DNA from: an uncultured Bacilli bacterium
GTDB taxonomy: Bacteria > Bacillota_I > Bacilli_A > RFN20 > CAG-826
DNA: 64,000 nucleotides
Assembly (NCBI GenBank): GCA_905236715.1
Contig: CAJOMQ010000004.1
Span: forward strand, 82,900 to 146,899
Direction: 5' to 3'
Within the stretch, counting starts at the first letter, position 1, and each line of letters begins with the position of its first letter. The position numbers and the translations under genes are program-made. The notes beneath the pieces are model-generated. The model had not been told where the DNA came from. It did no database searches and saw only the letters and a list, made by a program, of their open reading frames with translations. This document shows positions 9,818 to 17,666 of the stretch, one piece after another.

Positions 9818-10132
9818 TTATTCAAATTTGAGACCAACAACATCATCAACGGGTAAGGAGAAAGCAATACCTTGTCCGTTACTTCCTAACCCAGCGGCTT
9901 TATAAACCGCTTGTAAGACTTGGTCTTTGATATTTTTGTTCACCAAGATCATAATCATTTCTTTATCAGGAGTAATGATGATGTTATATTTTCTTTCAAT
10001 TTCTGGAGTGCCGGTTCCACGAGCGTGGACAATGGTGCCGCCTCTGGCGCCTTCTTCACGTGCGGCATTCATCACCACATCGGCGTAACCTGTATTAACT
10101 AAAACGATAATAACTTCAAATTGATTTTCCAT
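9818..10132 (-). CDS. PII (GlnB-fold)-like small signalling protein
   Basis: 104 aa. VIIVLVNTGYADVVMNAAREEGARGGTIVHARGTG...FSLPVDDVVG has the pattern I recall for P-II family proteins encoded next to DUF1538 genes. SD aaggag. Confidence 0.6.
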   Translation of the reverse strand: MENQFEVIIVLVNTGYADVVMNAAREEGARGGTIVHARGTGTPEIERKYNIIITPDKEMIMILVNKNIKDQVLQAVYKAAGLGSNGQGIAFSLPVDDVVGLKFE

Positions 10133-10145
10133 AACAAAACGCTCC

Positions 10146-10541
10146 TTATAAAGAATCAGTGAGGAATTGATATAATTTCACACCAATGAGACTAGTCATC
10201 GGAATAATGAATCCAATTCCTTTGTTATATTTATTAGCTTTGAAAAAAGCTTGTAAATCAGGCTTCACTTCTTGGGCTCTTTCTTCGGTAATAATGGCAA
10301 AAATAATATCTTTGCTGGTATCTTCAATACCTAAAATATCACGAATTTCTTTACTCGCGGTGCCATTACCTCTTTCAATAAATTGGGCACTGCTACCCGC
10401 ACTTTGAAATAATTTAGCGACAGGATCCGCTAAACCTTTATTGACAATGGTGACAAATAATTTCAATTTGGCTGTTTCATTATTTTCACTAGCGGTTTTA
10501 TTTGTCTTTGCAACTTGTTTTTTCTTCTTAAATAATCCCAT
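10146..10541 (-). CDS. PII-like small protein with Lys-rich N-terminal tail
   Basis: 131 aa. After MGLFKKKKQVAKTNK, the core LFVTIVNKGLADPVAKLFQSAG...FIIPMTSLIGV looks like a beta-alpha-beta-beta-alpha-beta fold similar to the downstream paralog. Its SD aggaggg overlaps the upstream stop. Confidence 0.5.
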   Translation of the reverse strand: MGLFKKKKQVAKTNKTASENNETAKLKLFVTIVNKGLADPVAKLFQSAGSSAQFIERGNGTASKEIRDILGIEDTSKDIIFAIITEERAQEVKPDLQAFFKANKYNKGIGFIIPMTSLIGVKLYQFLTDSL

Positions 10542-10549
10542 AGACCCTC

Positions 10550-12118
10550 CTAGTTAAAATAAATGATTTGTGCATCTTCTTTGCTATAAGTATGTGTACG
10601 CATTTTGTAACGAGCAATAACACTCTTGTAGTTATTAACCACACCAAGAATTTGAATAGCAATAACAGGGGTTAATGCAATTAAAGCAATAACACCAAAA
10701 GATTGTTCATAATAATTGGGATCGGTGCCGTTTTTGGTACTTAAAGCCACGGTAATACCCACAATCATCGGCAAGACAAAGGAGGAGGACATTGGACCAG
10801 AAGCAGTGCCACCAGAGTCAAAAGCCATAGCTGTAAAAATATCGGGGCAGATAAACATTAACACTAATGAAATAGCATAACCAGGCACCATGTAATACAT
10901 GATGGAGAAATTAAAGATGGTACGAATCACCGCTAGAGCGATAGCGGCGCCAACGCCCAAAGATAAAGTTAATAAAACAGTTAATTTCTTTGTGCGGCCA
11001 TCGGAAATATCTTCCATTTGGGTGGTTAATACGTGCACCGCTGGTTCACATAAAATGGTTACTAAACCAATAATGAAAGCAATGAGGATAATCAACCATG
11101 TGGATTGAGCGCCTAGTTGTTGACCAACATAGAAACCAATCGGTGTCATTGCCGCACTAGTGCCAGTTAAGAAAATAGTTAAGCCAACATAAGTAAAAGC
11201 AAATCCAACAAGGAGCTTTAATAATTTGGCTTTGGGTAATTTGATATAAATAAAATTATAAATAAGGAAAATAGCCATTGTAGGTAATAAGGCAATTAAA
11301 ACATCCACTATTGTGCCAGTACTACCGTTATGAGGAATCAAAACATTAATGAACATCATCCAAGGGTTAGTGGAACCTAGTTGTGTATATGTGCTTGTGG
11401 GATCAAATTCACCAGAAACAGGAGCGAATAATAGAAGAATAGCAACAGTTAAAATAGGACCGATTGAGGCCATACCCACTAAACCAAAGCTATCATTTCT
11501 CGCGTTTTTGCCACCTCTAACCATCGCAATTCCAGCACCTAAAGATAGAATAAAAGGCACGGTCGCTGAACCAGTAGTCACACCACCACTATCAAAGATG
11601 AATGGTAAGAAAATACGTTTATTAGGATCCATGACCACTAAAATCAATAAAGCAAATGTTAAGAAATAGAATAACAAATACCAAACTTTTAATGGTTTAT
11701 GGACAATAATTCTCACTACACCGATAACCACGAATAAACCGACACCAACGGCAATACCACCAATCAAAAGGAAGGGATTAATATTCACTTGTTTGGAAAC
11801 GATGAGAATGCTTGGTTCCGCCACGGTTATCAACGCTCCTAAAGTAAAGGAGAAAAGAATAACGATGAATAAGTTCTTTTGCTTTGATAAAGATGCGCCC
11901 ATATATTCACCAACTTTGGATAAGCTGGAACTCGCACCGATTTGGAAAATAGATAATCCAACGATGAGAATCACCATGCCCACTAACAAAAGAGTATAGT
12001 CTCCACGACCAGCATCTAATGGTGATAATTTACTAAAAGAAAGTATCAAAATAATCGCTATCATTGGAACGATTGATAATGAACTACTAATAAGAGCGTT
12101 TAACCATCTATTTTTCAT
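10550..12118 (-). CDS. polytopic membrane protein, duplicated DUF1538-like
   Basis: 522 aa with at least 12 hydrophobic segments and two similar halves. ITVAEPSILIV in the first half matches ILCEPAVHVL in the second, and DSGGVTTGSATVPF matches DSGGTASGPMSSSF. Confidence 0.6.
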   Translation of the reverse strand: MKNRWLNALISSSLSIVPMIAIILILSFSKLSPLDAGRGDYTLLLVGMVILIVGLSIFQIGASSSLSKVGEYMGASLSKQKNLFIVILFSFTLGALITVAEPSILIVSKQVNINPFLLIGGIAVGVGLFVVIGVVRIIVHKPLKVWYLLFYFLTFALLILVVMDPNKRIFLPFIFDSGGVTTGSATVPFILSLGAGIAMVRGGKNARNDSFGLVGMASIGPILTVAILLLFAPVSGEFDPTSTYTQLGSTNPWMMFINVLIPHNGSTGTIVDVLIALLPTMAIFLIYNFIYIKLPKAKLLKLLVGFAFTYVGLTIFLTGTSAAMTPIGFYVGQQLGAQSTWLIILIAFIIGLVTILCEPAVHVLTTQMEDISDGRTKKLTVLLTLSLGVGAAIALAVIRTIFNFSIMYYMVPGYAISLVLMFICPDIFTAMAFDSGGTASGPMSSSFVLPMIVGITVALSTKNGTDPNYYEQSFGVIALIALTPVIAIQILGVVNNYKSVIARYKMRTHTYSKEDAQIIYFN

Positions 12119-12164
12119 ACGTTTACTATTGTAAAGATTTTAAAAAGAAAATTAAACGTTAAAT

Positions 12165-12197
12165 AAAATAAAAGGTGGATTTTTTCTTCATCCACCT
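12165..12197 (-). terminator. rho-independent terminator after degV
   Basis: Stem aggtgga(12173-12179)/tccacct(12191-12197). On the minus strand it is followed by tttatttta. Confidence 0.75.
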
Positions 12198-12204
12198 AAT
12201 TTTG

Positions 12205-13092
12205 CTATTTGTTTTCTTCTTTGATGGTCATTTCTTTACCGAACCAACCAACACAGACAACGCCTGGCCCACATGAAGTACCAATGATCGGGCCAATGGG
12301 GAATTCTTCAATTGGTAAGCCAGTTTCCGCGGCTAATCTTTCTTTTAATTTAGCAGCGGAGCCTTCCGCTTTACCTTGTCCGAGGAATAAAACATCTGTT
12401 TCTTCGGTAATCCATTCTTTCACACCAGAAACGATTTCATCTAAAGCCGCTTTAGTGCCACGAGCATTCTTCACGGCTAAGTTATTACCTTCAGCATCAG
12501 AAACCAAGATTGGTTTAACACCAAATAAGTTACCAAAGAAAGCTTTGCTTCCTTTAATACGGCCAGCATTTTTCAAATAAGTTAAATCATCAACGGTGGC
12601 CCAGAATGCCGCTTTAAGACGATTATCTTCTAACCATTTAGCCACTTCTTCAAGGCTCTTTCCTTCTTGTTGCATCAAGGCAGCTTTAATCGCTAAGATA
12701 CCTTCTGGAGCGGTGGAACGTTTTGAATCAACACCAATTAATTTGGCCTTGGGGAATTCTTCTAATAATTGTTCTTTGGCTAATTCAAACATATTGATTG
12801 AACCAGATAATTTGCTCGAACAAGAAAGATAAAGGATGTCGATACCTTTTTCTAAAAATGGGCGAACTCTATCCACAAATTCGGTAATAGGAACTTGAGT
12901 AGTTTTAATTTTACGGCCAGCGTACATCCAACCATAAAATTCTTCATAAGTGTATTCTTGCCAGTCTAAATCCGCTGGTTTTTCTTGTCCATCTACGACA
13001 ATATTCATACGGAAAAATTCAATGCCGTATTTTTCACGCAAAGATGGGGTTAAATCACTACATGAATCAGTAAAAATTTGGAATTTTGACAT
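12205..13092 (-). CDS. DegV-family fatty-acid-binding protein
   Basis: MSKFQIFTDSCSDLTP...VDGQE...YLSCSSKLSG is the typical DegV pattern. SD aaagaggt. Confidence 0.9.
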   Translation of the reverse strand: MSKFQIFTDSCSDLTPSLREKYGIEFFRMNIVVDGQEKPADLDWQEYTYEEFYGWMYAGRKIKTTQVPITEFVDRVRPFLEKGIDILYLSCSSKLSGSINMFELAKEQLLEEFPKAKLIGVDSKRSTAPEGILAIKAALMQQEGKSLEEVAKWLEDNRLKAAFWATVDDLTYLKNAGRIKGSKAFFGNLFGVKPILVSDAEGNNLAVKNARGTKAALDEIVSGVKEWITEETDVLFLGQGKAEGSAAKLKERLAAETGLPIEEFPIGPIIGTSCGPGVVCVGWFGKEMTIKEENK

Positions 13093-13210
13093 ATTCAGTA
13101 ACCTCTTTCCGTGTTTAATATTTACAAACCATTAATGAAATTTCCATAACAAAAAGTAATAAAGTGACACATGTATCTTTTTGTTAATTAATATTATTTA
13201 ATTTGATTAA

Positions 13211-13252
13211 AGAAAATAAAAAAGTGGAGATTACATCAAGATATCACCACTT
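13211..13252 (-). terminator. rho-independent terminator after the 50-aa micro-ORF
   Basis: A 10-bp stem (13222-13231 with 13243-13252) with one mismatch. On the minus strand it is followed by ttttattttc. The stem begins at the micro-ORF stop codon. Confidence 0.65.
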
Positions 13253-13404
13253 CATGCTCCATCAATATGTCGATCGCAAATCGGCTCTTCTTTTTTCTTT
13301 CTTTCATCCGCTTCACGTTCATTAAACATATCAATGTCTTCGCCTGTCATAAATCTTTTCTTCCGGCGTCTTCTTCTTTTTAGTAGTTCTAATTCATCAT
13401 CCAT
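13252..13404 (-). CDS. 50-aa highly charged micro-protein (not in ORF track)
   Basis: My translation: MDDELELLKRRRRRKKRFMTGEDIDMFNEREADERKKKEEPICDRHIDGA. Its ATG overlaps the TAA of the ATP-grasp gene (TAATG). The only terminator hairpin follows this ORF rather than the ATP-grasp gene. Confidence 0.5.
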   Translation of the reverse strand: MDDELELLKRRRRRKKRFMTGEDIDMFNEREADERKKKEEPICDRHIDGA

Positions 13405-14600
13405 TAGAGACGCTCCTCACAAAATTGACGGAATTCATCCATCTCTTCTTCTTTATCAAATTTCACCATGAAATAACGATCTCCCATCGCACCACTTAAT
13501 ACTTTAGGATATCTTCCGTTTGCGCATAATCTATGACGATATTTGTTAATAACCTCATCATCCGAATAACGATATTGATGTTCATCTCTGCGTGATGCAC
13601 AAGCAGCATAATAATGGGGATAAATATCTTTTTGACGATTTTCATCAAACGCCATGACGTCAGCGTAAATTTGATAGCAATTAATGGAATTAGCAAAATT
13701 GATTAAATCAGGTGTATATCCACCCGCAGGTCTCATATTCGTTTCTAAAGGAACTAAATCCCCCACTTTACCAACACCGGGAATATCTTGTGTCAAACGG
13801 AAAAATTCCATATGGAAAAATCTTTTTTGGACATTAAAAGCTTTCACTACCTTTTGCCCTAGTTTCAATAAATCTTTAGGCACTTTGGGCATCGTATAAT
13901 AAAAGATATCTTTATGCTCTTTAACCACATCCGCAACCGAAGGTGGGAAACAGTTTGTCGTGGCAAAAACAACATTGCTATGAGAATCAGCAACGCCATC
14001 AAATGAAACAATATTGCCAGTAATATATTGTTCACAAATATATGTGATTTGCGGGTTTTTTACGGCGAAAAAATTTTTTAAATCATCTTCATTTTGAATT
14101 TTAAAATCGCCTTCCGCACCAACACCATAATCGGGTTTAATGAAAATTGGATAGCCAACCCTTTTCGCGAAAGCCATAGCATTTTCATAAGTATCAATAA
14201 GAATAAAATCTGCGGTTTTCGCACCCGCTTTGGCATATCCTTGTTTCATCAACGATTTATGTTGATACATTTGAATCGCGTTATAGCCAACACCTGTATC
14301 GATATGGAAAATATCTCTTAATTTAGCATCTCTTTCTAGCCAATATTCGTTATTACTTTCTAAATAATCAATATGGCCATATTTATTTTCAAAATATCTT
14401 ACCGCATTAATTTCTTCATCGAAATTTTCCATGTTATAGCAACGGTAATATTCATCCAAACTATCTTTTAATGCCTGACTTAATTCTTCATATGAAGCAT
14501 CGCCTATTCCTAAAACACGAAAACCATTTCTCTTTAACGCTTCCGCAAAGCGAAAATAAGTATCAGGGAAATGCGGGGAAATAAGAATAAAGTTTTTCAT
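13404..14600 (-). CDS. ATP-grasp domain protein of unknown substrate
   Basis: 398 aa. It has a pre-ATP-grasp N-terminus (MKNFILISPHF...GFRVLGIGD), a central GYPIFIKPDYGVGAEG block, and EQYITG / ETNMRPAGG blocks. Confidence 0.7.
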   Translation of the reverse strand: MKNFILISPHFPDTYFRFAEALKRNGFRVLGIGDASYEELSQALKDSLDEYYRCYNMENFDEEINAVRYFENKYGHIDYLESNNEYWLERDAKLRDIFHIDTGVGYNAIQMYQHKSLMKQGYAKAGAKTADFILIDTYENAMAFAKRVGYPIFIKPDYGVGAEGDFKIQNEDDLKNFFAVKNPQITYICEQYITGNIVSFDGVADSHSNVVFATTNCFPPSVADVVKEHKDIFYYTMPKVPKDLLKLGQKVVKAFNVQKRFFHMEFFRLTQDIPGVGKVGDLVPLETNMRPAGGYTPDLINFANSINCYQIYADVMAFDENRQKDIYPHYYAACASRRDEHQYRYSDDEVINKYRHRLCANGRYPKVLSGAMGDRYFMVKFDKEEEMDEFRQFCEERL

Positions 14601-14602
14601 GA

Positions 14603-16159
14603 TTAACGATGCTTTTTATTAAATATATTGATGTCTTTGTAAACATCTTTTAATTGTGGATACATCTTTAAATAAACTTTTTTATAAAGGTATTTATATT
14701 GTTGTGAAGCCACAGGATTGGGTTCAAATGTGGTTGTGGTGTGCGACATCGCCGCGATCGCGTCATCCACATCATCATATATACCCGCGGCCACGAAAGT
14801 CGCAATTGCCGCGCCTAAAGAAGTGGTTTCATAAGTTTGTACTCGTGAAACTGGTAAATTAAATATATCCGCGGTGATTTGACAAATTTGATCGTTTTGA
14901 CTACCACCGCCAGAAATCATTAATCTCTTTACTTTGTGTTTTTGTGATTTTTCAATACCTTCTAAGCCTTCTTTTAAAGCATAGGCTATACCTTCAATTA
15001 TCGCGCGGTACAAATGAGAACGAGTGTGAATATCAGAGAAACCAATAATTGCACCTTTTGCTAAAGGACGAGATAATCCGGGACCCCAATAGGGTTGTAA
15101 AACTAAACCATCACTTCCCGGGGGAACATCAGATAAATGGGAATTGAGAATTTCTTCCTTTGTGGTGTTTTGTAATTTGGCTTCGTCCACTAATTCGTTA
15201 GCGAAATTTTTGGTGAACCAAGTGAGCATCCAATAACCACGATAAATTTGCACATCCATGTTGTACCAGTTAGGCACCGCCGCTGGGTAAGCAGGTAAGA
15301 ATTTTTCGGGTTCATGATATTTTTGATTAGACACTTCAATAGTACAAGCGGTGCCATAAGAAATCGCACCGACATCTTTAGCTAAAGCACCTAAACCCAC
15401 TGTTTCACAAGCTTTATCAGAACCAGTGGAATAAAGTTTAATGCCGTGTGGTAAACCAACTGAATCCGCGACATCATCTTTAATAACACCAATGACTTCT
15501 CCAGGTTGTTTTAAAGACGGTAACATTCTTGGATTAATACCAAAAATGTCACCTTTCAAAGCGCCTTTTTTATACCATTTGCGGTGTTTAAAATCTAATG
15601 GGTAGTGACCAGTTAAACTAGATGGTGAATCCGCTAATTCGCCGGTTAATTTATATGTTAAATAGGTGGAAATATTGACGTATTTCTTGGTTTTTGACCA
15701 AATATCTGGTTCATTTTCTTTAATCCAATGAGCCACTGTTCTTTTACGATTTAAATCGATAGTATTGGTCATACCAACAAGCGCAAAGGCTAATTTGCTA
15801 GTAAAAGGTAATTTTTCTTTCGCTTGTGCCATACGTTGATCAAGCCAAAGGATACATGGTCTAATTGGTTTATTATTTTCATCTAATTGAACTGAACTAT
15901 CTCTAAATGTCGTTATTGAAGCGCCAATGATGTCACTGGCAAAGGCTTGATTTTTGGAAATTAATTCTTTTAATGCTTGCATAGCAAAATCCCAATATAA
16001 ATCAGGATCTTGTTCGGCATATCCTTTTTCTTTAGAAAAATATACTGGATCGTAGGCTTTTTTTGTAATAGCGAGAATATTGCCTTTTTTATCAATTAAT
16101 GCGGTTCTCACAGATTGAGTACCAAAGTCAAATGTCAATACTAATGGATTTTCTTTCAT
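14603..16159 (-). CDS. FGGY-family carbohydrate kinase
   Basis: LTFDFGTQSVRTAL, a GSDKACE-type region and ISGGGSQN are FGGY N- and C-domain motifs. I prefer ATG 16159 (SD aggtga 6 nt upstream) over the GTG at 16168. Confidence 0.85.
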   Translation of the reverse strand: MKENPLVLTFDFGTQSVRTALIDKKGNILAITKKAYDPVYFSKEKGYAEQDPDLYWDFAMQALKELISKNQAFASDIIGASITTFRDSSVQLDENNKPIRPCILWLDQRMAQAKEKLPFTSKLAFALVGMTNTIDLNRKRTVAHWIKENEPDIWSKTKKYVNISTYLTYKLTGELADSPSSLTGHYPLDFKHRKWYKKGALKGDIFGINPRMLPSLKQPGEVIGVIKDDVADSVGLPHGIKLYSTGSDKACETVGLGALAKDVGAISYGTACTIEVSNQKYHEPEKFLPAYPAAVPNWYNMDVQIYRGYWMLTWFTKNFANELVDEAKLQNTTKEEILNSHLSDVPPGSDGLVLQPYWGPGLSRPLAKGAIIGFSDIHTRSHLYRAIIEGIAYALKEGLEGIEKSQKHKVKRLMISGGGSQNDQICQITADIFNLPVSRVQTYETTSLGAAIATFVAAGIYDDVDDAIAAMSHTTTTFEPNPVASQQYKYLYKKVYLKMYPQLKDVYKDINIFNKKHR

Positions 16160-16352
16160 ATTTTTCACCTGTTGATTATTTTACTACAAATTTATCTTTT
16201 TTTAATAAGGATTACTTTGAGCGGTTTGGGCTCATGATACAGCAACCTCAATCTTAAGATTATCAATTATTACCGAATCTCATGAAATAGAAGTGCTTTT
16301 CGAATGTAACATTCTACGGAAAATATGATAAATATATGGGCAATTTTATCAA

Positions 16353-16427
16353 TGACAAAAGAATTTCAAAATGACAAAGATTGACAAAGAATGACAAAGA
16401 ATGACAAAAAATTTTTGAAATGACAAA
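16353..16427. repeat. six TGACAAA motifs, four of them as a perfect-phase 10-bp tandem array (atgacaaaga x4)
   Basis: TGACAAA starts at 16353, 16372, 16382, 16392, 16402 and 16421. The four central copies are spaced exactly 10 bp apart. Confidence 0.9.
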
Positions 16428-16442
16428 AATGCGTGTTATTAT
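16415..16442 (+). promoter_or_regulatory. putative sigma-70-type promoter of the ATPase gene
   Basis: ttgaaa (16415-16420), a 16-nt spacer containing one TGACAAA copy, then tgt-tattat (16434-16442). SD gaggtg lies before ATG 16462. Confidence 0.35.
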
Positions 16443-16461
16443 TAATGCGTGAGGTGTTATT

Positions 16462-17520
16462 ATGCAGTCTAAAAAGAATAATCCATTCAACATTACCTTT
16501 GGTGAGGAACCAGAGAATTATATCTCAAGGATATCCGAAACAAATCAGATTAAGAATTCCTTTGATAGTGATATCCCCGAGAGCAAGGTTTTTGTGCTGA
16601 CTGGGCCAAGAGGCAGTGGCAAGACCGTTTTATTATCACAAATCAAACATGAATATGATCAAAAAGAAAAATGGATTGTTGTGGATTTAAACCCATACGG
16701 CAACATGATTGAGCAATTATGCGCCGGAATATATGAAAAAGGCAAAATCAAACACCTCTTCATCAAAACAGAATTTAATTTTTCTTTTAAAGGAATAGGA
16801 TTTTCAATCCAAGGAGATAATCCCGTCAGCAATACAGAGGCGTTGTTAGATAAGATGCTATTTTTTCTTAAAAAGAAGCAGTATAGAGTCTTAGTCACCA
16901 TAGATGACATTCTTAAAAACGAGAATGTTCAATATTTCATTCATGCCTATCAAAGCTGCATTAGAGAGAAATATGATTTGTTCCTTTTAGCGTCCGCTTT
17001 ATATGAAAATATCAGTGATATCGAAAATGATAAAGGGCTAACATTCTTAGCGAGAGCGCCAAAGATTTATTTAGAAAAACTCAGCCAAATCTCCATTGCC
17101 AACACCTATACACGTATCTTGGGTGTTGATAAAGAAACCGCTATAAATCTATCCAAAATGACAATGGGATATGCTTATGGTTTCCAGCTTTTAGGTAATT
17201 TGCTTTATCGAAACGAAAAGAAACTAGACCAAGAGTTGCTCAATGTTTATGATTCAACTCTTGAAGGAAATGTTTATTCCTTTATTTGGAAAACTCTTTC
17301 AAAGAAGGACAAGGAAATTTTGTATGCGATCGCCGATGGTAACAGAAAGGTGGATGACATATTGAAAAGCACCAATATGACAAATTCCGCTTTACAGGTT
17401 TATAAAAATAGATTGTCCAAAGCGGGCTTAGTTGACGTACAAACAAGAGGCCAAATTACTTTGTCACTTCCAAGATTCAAAGAATATATCCTCATGAAGA
17501 AAGAATTCGAGAACGAATAA
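16462..17520 (+). CDS. orphan P-loop ATPase with C-terminal winged-HTH (Arch-ATPase / STAND-like)
   Basis: Walker A is VLTGPRGSGKTVLL and Walker B-like is RVLVTIDDI. The C-terminus KDKEILYAIADGNRKVDDILKSTNMTNSALQVYKNRLSKAGLV looks like a wHTH. Confidence 0.65.
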   Translation: MQSKKNNPFNITFGEEPENYISRISETNQIKNSFDSDIPESKVFVLTGPRGSGKTVLLSQIKHEYDQKEKWIVVDLNPYGNMIEQLCAGIYEKGKIKHLFIKTEFNFSFKGIGFSIQGDNPVSNTEALLDKMLFFLKKKQYRVLVTIDDILKNENVQYFIHAYQSCIREKYDLFLLASALYENISDIENDKGLTFLARAPKIYLEKLSQISIANTYTRILGVDKETAINLSKMTMGYAYGFQLLGNLLYRNEKKLDQELLNVYDSTLEGNVYSFIWKTLSKKDKEILYAIADGNRKVDDILKSTNMTNSALQVYKNRLSKAGLVDVQTRGQITLSLPRFKEYILMKKEFENE

Positions 17521-17666
17521 TAATTTTCTGAGGCTAGTTTTAATAATAAAAAATATTTCAAACATTTTTTTACTTTCGCGTGTAAGCGTGCAAAATGTGT
17601 GCTAGTATAAATAACGCTGGTGGGCATATTGACACGCCCACATCAATGCCTATTAGGAGGAATTAT

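Noticed and set aside
12119-12140. Identical 12-mer tttacaatagta immediately upstream of both the DUF1538 gene start (12118) and the Na/Pi transporter start (20390), considered as a possible shared operator or leaderless-promoter motif.
   Set aside because: A single 12-nt identity is expected many times by chance among all position pairs in 64 kb of AT-rich DNA. The copy at 20372-20383 lies within the tail of the ppdK terminator and has no credible -35. I kept it only as a note that both genes lack an SD and have TACAAT 8-9 nt before the ATG.
16325-16410. Micro-ORFs running through the TGACAAA repeats (MINIWAILSMTKEFQNDKD and MTKNDKE).
   Set aside because: They have no SD and are 7-19 codons long. 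Their reading frames are a trivial by-product of the 10-bp repeat, since ATG and TGA are both part of the repeat unit.
17575-17595. cre-like (CcpA) site tgtaagcgtgcaaa upstream of ppdK.
   Set aside because: It has two mismatches to the TGWAANCGNTNWCA consensus at conserved positions, and the right half-site is not palindromic. This is too weak to call without a genome-wide motif model.
17595-17666. N-terminal extensions in the ORF track: ppdK from 17595, FGGY from 16168, nahK from 25791, rhaB from 31297, GH2 from 60782, tadA from 38740, mntR from 2387, rimK from 9867, rnmV from 55082 and mnmE from 53047.
   Set aside because: The extended starts are mostly GTG or TTG without an SD, add non-homologous residues, or overlap upstream genes or the SRP RNA. 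Internal ATG codons preceded by good SDs coincide with the N-termini expected for each family.
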